DNA from: Macrostomum lignano
Lineage: Eukaryota
Length of the DNA stretch: 64,000 nucleotides
Direction: 5' to 3'
Assembly: GCA_002269645.1 (NCBI GenBank)
Contig: NIVC01000896.1
Span: forward strand, 248,001-312,000
A model generated the notes under the pieces. The model made no database searches and was not told the origin of the DNA. It saw nothing but the letters and a program-made list of their open reading frames with translations. The position numbers and the translations under genes were made by a program. This document shows, piece by piece, positions 49,471 through 59,124 of this stretch (position 1 is its first letter; every line of letters starts with the position of its first letter).

Positions 49471-52400
49471 AATCAACCGAAACACGCCGTGCAACTCGCA
49501 GTGAATTTGGTAAGATTGATTTGGGGCTTGTGCATCAAAATTGGCCGAGAATGGGTTTTTTGTGCGATTCACACCCCTGATGACCACTACTCGAGGTGCA
49601 GAGAGTGTACAGGTTTGACGATTAGAAACTCTAGGGCTGCTGTTCAGTATTGGCGCGCTTGCGTGTGCTCAGGAGGCAGAAAATTTTTTTAGGGCCTTGG
49701 GCAGGGGGTGACATGAATATCCTACTAAATATTATAAGAAACATACAATTATTTACGAAGATTTTTTTTAGAATAATTTTTGTTTTAAATTGCAAAAAAA
49801 ACTTACAGGCACCATTCAAGATGTACAGGCAGGATCGAAGCTTCCCAGCTGGCAGGGAACATTCGGTGAGCACTTCTCAAGGACACATTAAGTAGACTTT
49901 TTTAATTGTCCTTTGCACTTCAACTATACAAATAGCTTTGTAAAACTTTTACAATTGCAGCTCATCAAAGGCTACTGCTAGTATTCGCTGATGAGACTAC
50001 AGCAAAGATGGAAAACTACATTGAATTTATGAGCACTCGTTGCGGCTTTTACACTGCGAAGCTCGCCCTGAACAGTCACCTTGCCGAATCCGAGACCCTG
50101 TCTCGAGCACCAGTCAGGCAGATTGTCTGCCTAGTAATTTTCTCCGCTTCGCAGCCACAGCGCTACATGAAGGACTACCTAGATTTTCTAAACCAATTTG
50201 ACGAATCCGTGGATCAGCTACTGCTGTACTGCAACTTGTCCGAGACAGAGACCCAAATCGATCAGGATCTGCGAAATCAATTCTGCAGCAGTGCTTTTCC
50301 TTATCGAAAGTCTAGCATTGCTTACACTTTCGGAACTTCCTATGGAGTCGGACGATTTTTTGATAAATTTAAGAACGATTGCAACTTGAAATGGAATCGT
50401 ACTGTTGGCCTTTGTGACGTCCTGGAATCACTTGATATGGACCAGTCGTCTGAACTTTACATTAAAAAGCCTAGAAGCGAAAAGTGCTTCTTCCCACGCG
50501 AAATATTTTACCCTTGCAGCTCACAAGAACTGATCAAAATAGCCGGCATTGAGTCCTTCACCAACCGAGTTGACCCGGATACTCTGGCGTTATACGGTGA
50601 TTTTATATATCTGAACAGCCGCATACAAAAGCCGCAGGCCTTGATCGTTCTAAACATCAAACTAGAGAGCGGCAAGACAAACAAGTCAATGCACGCAGAC
50701 TGGAGGCGCCTTCTTTGGCTGCTTGATAAGCTCCAGTTCGAGGTCAAAGACGTTCAAACAGACGCGTCAAGCTGCAGTCAGCTTGAAGAATGCGTGAAGA
50801 CTTTTGCTGATTCTGAGTTGCACGGTGACTCTTGCTGTCTGGTTGTGCTCTCCGAAGGCTGGCTAGCAAACAGCTGCATTGGCAACATCAGTAAGAGCAT
50901 GGCCTTCGGAAAGCTTATCAAGGGTAAGCCGAGGCTGATCATCATTCAGGAGTACCAACCGAAGTCCTCAGAAGCATCGGATGCTGCGCCGAAGTCGCTC
51001 CCCCAATTCCTGCCTGACGCAGTGGAAGCGATGCGATTGCAGTTCAGAAACGACAAGCCTGAGGTCAGAGTCCATCCGCTAAGCGGAACCGTCTGGTGTC
51101 AGTCCGAAGCGTCGGACACCGAAAGCGACAATGCGACACCGCTGATTGGATCCATCTGCGAGACTTTCATCAATCACTCAGCCATCGAGGATTTGGTTTC
51201 GATGATTTCAATCATCAACGAGAGACTGCAGGACGCCCCACCCACTTGGTGTGTGCAGACTGCCAAACTTTTCTATGTTGGAAATACTGAGTTCACAGGG
51301 AGCGGAAGCGCTAGTAAGTTTATTTATGTCTTTAAAAATGAAGGAGATTGTTTATTTCAAGTTTACTGTCAATATTAATCTTCAATTTCAGGCAAGGCTC
51401 AATCCGAAAATACCCCTGAAAATCCTGCACCTGCAACCGATCCGTTAGCGAATTTGCAGACAATGCAAGGCTTAGCAGCAGAGTCGGACAGGCTGCGTCC
51501 CATTCTCGATCAAAACAGTAAGTATGAACTAAAAATTTGAGACAAAAATCGATTTGGAGGTCCCAAAATTTTTGAAGCTATAAACTTAATGAATTTCAGA
51601 TCGCCCTGGAGTAGCACTGATTCTCACTGAAGGCTTGTTCGACAAAGTCCGAGATTATCAAATGTTTCTGGATTTTGCCGGCTTTCAAGTAATCTCGGAA
51701 CGAATCGACGGTATTGGCGCTTCTTTGAGAGAAATTGTGACTTCATCGGTTGCTCAAAGCCCGCTAGCAGTTGTGCTGATCGTTAAGAAGCACCAGGTCG
51801 GAGCCGGCGTAGATGATGTAATTGCGTGCATGTCGGAGACTGCAACCAAGCACGGAAACAGTTCCCTACTCATCTACTTTGAGATACTAGATACTGGTGA
51901 GCCGCCTTCTGAGATTCGCTTACCGAATGAACTGCCAGAGAAGTTCAGCACAGTTTGCTACCAGGGCACTCGAGACCGAATCGATCTCTGCCTTGACTTA
52001 TTTCTAAAAACGCCGAGAAAGAAACCTAAAAACTGTCCAATTGTTGGTTATAACTTTGAGAAGCTACGTTACAGGAAAAAAGAGCCAAAAATGATGTACC
52101 GATCCAGCGATGGAAATCCTGGCTGGAAGCTGGCGCTCAAATGGCCAGAGGGCCGAAATATCAGGGGTGACGACATCATGAAACAGGACTTATTCCGCAC
52201 AGCCAGTATGCGAAAGAAATGGTTCCCAAAGAAACCTATTCTACAGAATGTCACTATGCAGAGCAGGGCTCTAATCGTTCAGAATGTTGTCTTCAAATCC
52301 AGTGAGATCAGATTTGGCACTCAGAACGACTGTCAGAGGCTGACGGACTGCCTTACAGGCTTGGGGTTTCGAGTGTCAATCAGAACGAACCTCACGGCGG

Positions 52401-53032
52401 TTGAAATCTTGCAAACTGTGCAGCTCTTTGCTGGTGCCAACGACCACGGCCGCTCCTGCGTCTTGGCAATCATGTCCCACGGATATCTGGGAAAAATTTT
52501 GGGATGCGACGAAAGGACTGTGAAAGAAGCAGATATTCTTGATCAGCTGAGCAAAGGCAGTGGGCTTCAGGGTAGATCAAAGTTTGTTGTGTTTCAAGCG
52601 TGCAGGCCATTGGAAGAACCACATTCCAGCAGCTCAGCAGAGCGATTGATTAGACCCTATCCCGACATGGTGATTGCTCACTGCACCTCCCCAGAGGAGT
52701 TCGGTTATCGAAATCACTTCGAAGGCAGCTGGTTCGTGCAGAGCCTGTGCTCCGTGCTGAATGAATGCGGAGCCGATGCGGACATCCTATCAGTGATAAC
52801 TGTGGTGAACTACATGGTTCTGACCTGCTTCAATCGGTCCGACTGTAAAGATGAGCGGACTCAGCAGCCGTGGTGGCTGCTGCAAACGAGAGGCGCTTTT
52901 GTGCTTGGCAGCGGCACACCAATGGAAGAAATGGGCGACACCAATCTTATTTCAGCTGCAGACGCTGGGAGCCGAAAGTGTCGTGCAACAAGCATTTGGA
53001 AAAATTTGAAGGCCTTTTTTGCGAGGTCGTGA
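49471..53032 (+). CDS. Multi-domain caspase-family protein B, tandem paralog of A (5' end uncertain); exons 49471-49509, 49809-49865, 49961-51313, 51392-51517, 51600-53032
   Basis: All phase-1 GT-AG introns keep one open frame. C-terminal domain has AIMSHG (His at 52478) and VFQACR (Cys at 52601). The first caspase-like domain has VVLSEG / IIQEYQ (dyad lost). Same architecture as gene A. Confidence 0.8.
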
Positions 53033-53937
53033 ACTCGTGATTTTTGCGTTGCGTGCTAATAATTTATTGGAAGTTTCATTAGATCCTTGTGTTATTATTG
53101 AGAACCTTGCTTACTTGATTCTTAAATCCTGATTTGATTGCGTGAGCCAGATATCTTTTCTCTGGCCTTGTTATTTGTCAGCGTTGAATCTGACTGCTTA
53201 TGCTTTGAGTCTTGATATGAAGATTGTGGAAATTATGGACCAATTGTTATCTGATCTTTATCGTTATCTGATTGTCGGGATTTTTTTACATTTGTTACAT
53301 TTTTCTGTACCGGGTTATTAACCCTAGTGTAATCCCCATCATCTTCGATAGCCCTCTGCCAACATGTGCGCAGGGAGCGGATTTTTGTCACACTTTGCAT
53401 AATGGTTTCGACATTATTAAGTAATAAAGAAAGATAATGACGTCTACTAACTTGGCAGAAATTGTAAGGCAGCTCTAAAAATATTCAAAATAGAACATAG
53501 AAACATAGAAACGAAGACGCAGTGGAGAACAAAAGCATTTAATAACTTTGACAAAGACCTCTAAGTTAGAGAACAACTCTGTCTACGGAAATACTCTAGA
53601 AAAAGAGCGGAAAAGGGCAAATATGAAGCTTTCTGTGTAATCGGAGTGTGCTGTCTGCTGTCATTCAGATGAATATGTAAAAATCTACCGTCAAGGAATT
53701 CTAAAAATTTAAGTGTGCTTTATTGGCGGCTGTAGGTCGCGTACGTACAAAGCGTGTTAGGGGTGCGGGGTGTAGTGTGAGCATCTTTTGCGATAGCCTT
53801 GTATTCTATTAGTTAGGTTTTGCATTATTGTTATTGAATTGTTATTTTGCTTTAGTTTAGTCATACGTTTTGATGTACTTTTTTCTTGTTAGTTAGAATC
53901 TAAATTTGTAAACAGGCTAGAAGTCAGACGCCAGTTT

Positions 53938-54277
53938 TGTGACTCAGCAGAGGGTTGAGTTTTCTGCGAACCCCAGCTTTGCGCGGCCAGCCAATCAGAA
54001 CCGGCCTGGACCCTGGCACGCGGCAAGTTCCAATTCTACCCGGCGCCGCGGGCACAGTGCAATTCGGCTTAAGCAAGCGGCCGGCCAGACGACCACCACC
54101 CGGCTTTAGGGGGTTTTGAGGGGTTGTGACTCTGACTATATATGAAAGTGTGTTTGGCAATCAGATCTCGCCTTTCTCTTTCCTGCTCCGTCCCCGGTTT
54201 TAGTTTGTGTTCCAGCTTCCCGGCCGGTGACCTGTTTCCCTTTGGTTCGCGCTTTGAGGCGTTTTGATTTCGTCACC
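53938..54277 (-). mobile_element. Possible LTR (GGTGAC...GTCACA on minus) with an adjacent internal fragment to ~54650
   Basis: Inverted terminal hexamers, internal TATA-like CATATATAGT, a purine-rich stretch upstream; no TSD or second LTR seen. Confidence 0.3.
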
Positions 54278-55139
54278 CCGGTCCATACTTTGTTCCCTTG
54301 CCCAACCGCTTCAGTCTTGTGGCGTAACGTCTATGGCAAATTTCTGTCTGAAGTCGCCGCTGTCAAGCGCGGTTAAATAGAGACTGTCGGATCTGATCAA
54401 GTACGCGGCCTCGACCCAGAGGGCCTCAGTGTCACACTGAAGGGCAGTGCCGATAGAATTTAGTCGGTACTCCGTTGAACGGTCGGTTCGGCAGGGCTCT
54501 CGTTCGAGAGTAGGTTCTGGTTTAGGCCAGGGGTTAGGAGTCTTCTCCGTGGTCGTGTTCAGTTCTTCTTCCTCTTCTTCTTCAGCTGAGATCTGCTTGC
54601 CAGTTGCGTAATCTAATTATTATTATTAACCGTTATCGTCGTTTTGTCAACTCTAGTTATCTGCGCCGCTTTGAATTTGAATCTTGTAACTATTGAATGT
54701 GTCAAATTAAACCGTCGATCAAGTTTAGCTATTCTCATTAGGATTTTCACTCTCTAAATCTTTCGGTTCGTGTTCCCTCGTGTTCTTTCTTTTCTTGTAC
54801 TGTACCTGCGGCTATTGGAGAAAGACTGGTAGAACTCGCCGACCGGCGATAGGCGATTAGGGCCAATAGCTTTAAAATCTCCGAACGCTCCAAGTAGGTT
54901 TGTCTAGGGCCTAATTAATTGCTCACCGTGCATGCTATATACATTTATTGTATTTATCACAGGGGTGATGTCGGCGTTGGAGGGTTGTCGCGTGTCGGCT
55001 AGCTTATTGAAACACCCAACTTGTGCTTTGGTTGCGGTGTCGCACGACGGCTTAATTTTTTTCGACAGCCAACCGCAGCCTCAGCCACCGCCCCTCACCC
55101 GCCACTGCTTGACGACGGGGTCAGGACCTATGCGATGAG

Positions 55140-56040
55140 ATCGAAGCGACCAAGGAACGCATCAGGCTACTGAGGCTCCAAAAGGAGGAAGCGGTTACAC
55201 CCGAGCTCAACGCAAGACGCCATGGCACGAAGACTTGTGGTAAGCCTGCTTTTTTGCTGGTTGGGGCGCATCTCATTCAGCCTTTGAGAATATTCCCCTG
55301 CTGGCGCAAGACGCTGACCTCACCAAGAGAGGGCCACATTTGATTCCTGACTCTGTCGAAGACTCCGGAAGTGTCAGCAAGGACAACAAAAAAGGAACAA
55401 ATACCAAACAGCAGCCGCTGGAGCAGATTAGCATCGGCGAGTGGATAAGTGCGAATGCGAGAATTCTCCAGTCGCTGATTGAATCTGACGGGATGATTGA
55501 ATGGGAAGCGCGCGCTGCTCCAAGGCTGCATGAGTACCGTGCCTACAATTGCCAGTTAGGCGAGCTGCTGAATAGTGGCTTTGACATCAGTACTCTGTGA
55601 TGACAGCTTCCGGAGGCTCCAGCATGCAACTAGTCGTCACTGAAACAACGAGTCGTTGCAGCTGCTCTCACGACGCTTTCTTGCTCCGAATGGACTCAAC
55701 GCCATAGACAGCAGCTTGCAACGCAGAAAGCAGCCGTAGAATAGGAGGAATCGTCAAATCTGTCTGCTCTTCAACAACGACACTGGCTGTAAGTTCGTTG
55801 AGGAATGCAAATTTTAGCATGTTTGCGTCATCTGCAAAAAGAACCATCCGGGCCCGGATCAAAATCTATGATAACCGGATTCCCGCCATTGTAAATAGTT
55901 CATAAATCCGCGTTTTCATTCCTGAAAATTTTCCTATTATACATCCAGTTGTGGTGACATGCGCTTTTCTGAATGGTCGAAGTATCTCAACGAGTTTCTC
56001 TTAAATGGAATTAGTGCCGGGTTTTTTATCACTGATTCTG
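55140..56040 (+). pseudogene. Ngaro/DIRS-type (tyrosine-recombinase retrotransposon) remnant: gag-like ORF1 with zinc finger and the start of the RT ORF
   Basis: ISIGEWISANARILQSLI, DDSFRRLQH, ICLLFNN..GCKF..C.F.HVCVICKKNHP, YLNEFLLNGISAGF across frameshifts; truncated before the RT core. Confidence 0.65.
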
Positions 56041-57139
56041 TGTAAGCTTTAAGCCTAACTACTCATACAACTCTGCGCTCGCACACCGAGAGCTCCTTGA
56101 TAAGTAAATTATAGAAAAGCTAAGAAGAGGCCCTTCTGTTATACATTCCACAAAGCCTACGAAGCTTTTCTACTCTGCGTTAGCGCTGACATGTCTAGCT
56201 GAGTGACTCATCCACACTCGCTGAGCTCCCTTGTTCGCATTGCGGCACTTCCTGCAGTTTGTAAGGCCCAGGCGATACCTGTAGTGAGCGCACAGACCGG
56301 AGCTGGTGTTGAACACCTCACGGCCTCGTAGTCGGAGAGATTCTCGCGGCTCCACTGCCACATCTGCCCAAAGTCGTCGGCGGTTTCGGTCACGTGATGC
56401 AGGACTGCAGCCAGCAGCAGCAGCAGAGCGACTTGATGAGCGGATTGGAGCTGTATTTTCTGTGTACGTGGAATGACGGGTTGGAGCTGCCTTTGCGCTG
56501 GTAGAGGGCGGAGGGAGAGGGCGGATGTAGAGGGCGAAACCCCGCTCCTAGTCTACAGACTTACCAGATACGAGAGTAGTTGATCTTGCCGTGATCTCTC
56601 AGAATTTTCAAAACTTAGTCCTCAATCGCACCCATCACGCAACATTGGGAGCCCAATATAAATCTCAGAGTTTGAATTATGCAGTAGCTGCGGTCGCCAT
56701 GGAAACAAGGTAGCTCTGACGTTCAACAGAGGATGCCTCTCTCCGAGGTGGTGGAGATGGGCCTTGCAGCTGACTGCAGCTCACCGCATGCAGATCGGGG
56801 CTGCATTGGAGGGATCCGGGCGCGGCTTAAAGGCGAAGGCGCAGCTGATGGCGGCAGAGCCGCTGCAGTTGCTCCGGGCAGCCGCATGGCGGGGCTTGAC
56901 TTTGCATGCGGGCTGCGGGAGCGCCGGCCCGGAGCTGCCGGCATCGGCATCTGGCGGCAGGGGCTGCAGGACTGGGGCTTTGAGGGTCGACAGAGAGGAT
57001 GCGGATAAATGGGGGCCAATTAATTTGTCAAAATCACCAAAATCAACTCCTTTCAAAGTCTTCCAAAACTCAATGAGGATAGAAATTTATCTCTCCCTAT
57101 GCTGGAAAGAGCAAATGTACGTAAGTTATAGTAATATTA

Positions 57140-57480
57140 CTAGCAATCTAGTGCCCCCTTCGGGGCGCCCAATAAGCATAGAGCAAAAATTATTCATGGT
57201 AAAAAATTAAAAGGCACATTCCTTCTTCAGTTTAAAAAATTACCTTATTCAAGTAAAATTGTCGGGGGCAAAGATGTTTGCTGTGAATCTCTTTTTTCTA
57301 AAAGAAACAAAGACAACAAAATAAAGCTTTCACAAAGATAAGAGACATTCCCCCTAAAAGAAAACATCCCCACGACAGCAAGCATCCCGCAGATAGCAAG
57401 CATCCCCCAAATAGCAAGCATCCCCGAGATAGCAAGCATCCCCCAGATAGCAAGCATCCCCCAGATAGCAAGTAGCTAGT
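57140..57480 (-). mobile_element. Non-autonomous Helitron 3' end with internal AGATAGCAAGCATCCCCC repeats
   Basis: Minus strand: GC hairpin GCGCCCCGAAGGGGGC followed by ACTAGATTGCTAG|T, the canonical Helitron CTRR end (57143-57140). The 5' boundary was not identified. Confidence 0.6.
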
Positions 57481-57639
57481 GCAAATATTTCCTCCGCTAA
57501 TGCAATAATCGCTTTCTCAGGTAGCGCAATGATCCATGTCTCAGTCAGCGCAATAATCCTCTTCTCATCTAGTGCAAAAATCGATGTGTCAGGTAGTGCA
57601 ATAGTCCCTTTCTAAGCTAATGCGATAATCCTCGTTTTG

Positions 57640-58440
57640 TCAAGTGCAGCAATCCTTGGCTTATCAAGTGCAATAATCCTTGGTTTATCAAGTGCAATAA
57701 TCCTTGGTTTATTAATTGCAATAATCCTCGGCTTATCAAGTGCAATAATTTATGGTTTATCAAGTGCAATCTTCCTTGGTTTATCAAGTGCAATAATCCT
57801 TGTCTTATCGTGCAATAATCCTTGGATTATCAAGTGCAATGATAATTTGCTTATAAAGTGCAATAATCCTTGGTTTACCAAGTGCAATAATCTATGGTTT
57901 ATCAAGTGCAATAATCCTCGGCTTATCAAGTGCAATAATCCTTGGTTTATCAAGTGCAATCTTCCTTGGTTTATCAAGTGCAATAATCCTTGTCTTATCG
58001 TGCAATAATCCTTGGATTATCAAGTGCAATGATAATTTGCTTATAAAGTGCAATAATCCTTGGTTTACCAAGTGCAATAATCTATGGTTTATCAAGTGCA
58101 ATAATCCTCGGCTTATCAAGTGCAATAATCCTTGGTTTATCAAGTGCAATAATCCTTGGTTTATCAAGTGCAATAATCTATCGCTTATCAAGTGCAATTA
58201 TCCTTGGTTTATCAAGTGCAATAATCCTTGGTTTATCAAGTGCAATAATCCTTGGTTTATCAAGTGCAATAATCCTTGGTTTATCAAGTGCAGTAATTCT
58301 TGGCTTATCAAGTGCAATAATCCTTGGTTTATCAAGTGCAATAATCTATCTCTTATCAAGTGCAATTATCCTTGGTTTATCAAGTGCAATAATCTATCGC
58401 TAATCAAGTGCAATGATCCTTTGCTTATTAAGTGCATGGT
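57640..58440. repeat. 24-bp minisatellite (TCAAGTGCAATAATCCTTGGTTTA) with a 190-bp internal duplication
   Basis: The variant block CTTCC recurs at 57771 and 57961. Confidence 0.95.
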
Positions 58441-58899
58441 TAATAACCTTACTATAATTATCCAATAACCTTACTATAATTATCCAAAATGTTGATTTCC
58501 AATAATTAAAATTACTTTTTCTCATTTTGGCAAAATAAATTGCGATGAGTCAGAACTTGCATCAGACAAAAAAGTTTCTTTTTCAACTCAAAACCCTTTC
58601 TCAATCAACAATCCTTGCCTATCCTTTCAATCACAAATTCTTAGTGCATATGTCATTGGCCTGAGCATATTCTGGTCTGTAGCAGGAACTCAATATGCCA
58701 ATCCCTGACGGTCTTAGACTCCTGTATTAGCCGAACTCAAAGAATAAAACCTTTAATAAATACGCTGGTATTTTCTATTAGCAGAAATCAACATCACTTG
58801 TGTGTACTATTTCATTATCTGAATTAAATGAGCTACTTCAGCCGTACTACTTGACGATCTGACAATCGCTCAAAAACCTAACCCCCTCCTTCCAACAAT

Positions 58900-59076
58900 T
58901 CAGCCATCCCCCATGAGCCCCCATCAGCAATTCCCCCAGCAGGCCTTGACATGTCAGAAATTCCCTTAGTAAGCATTGACATCGCAGCAATTCCCCCAGT
59001 AAGCCTTGACATCACAGAAATTCCTCCAGTAAGCCTTGCATCTCAGCAATTCCCCCAGTAAGCCTTGGCACCTCAG
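58900..59076. repeat. 30-bp minisatellite (CTCAGCAATTCCCCCAGTAAGCCTTGGCAT), left part; it continues after the RTE at 62510-63400 and decays
   Basis: The same unit lies on both sides of the RTE insertion. Confidence 0.85.
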
Positions 59077-59124
59077 AACAACAACAACAACAACAGAGTA
59101 CGCTGCCAGTTCACAAAAGCAGCG

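Noticed and set aside
43410-53032. Four independent single-exon caspase genes, as the ORF track suggests
   Set aside because: Three of the four ORF starts are non-ATG (TTG) and all four lie beside strong in-frame splice acceptors; the C-terminal tails of 43410-45029 and 50008-51378 follow good donors, and short bridging exons keep the frame.
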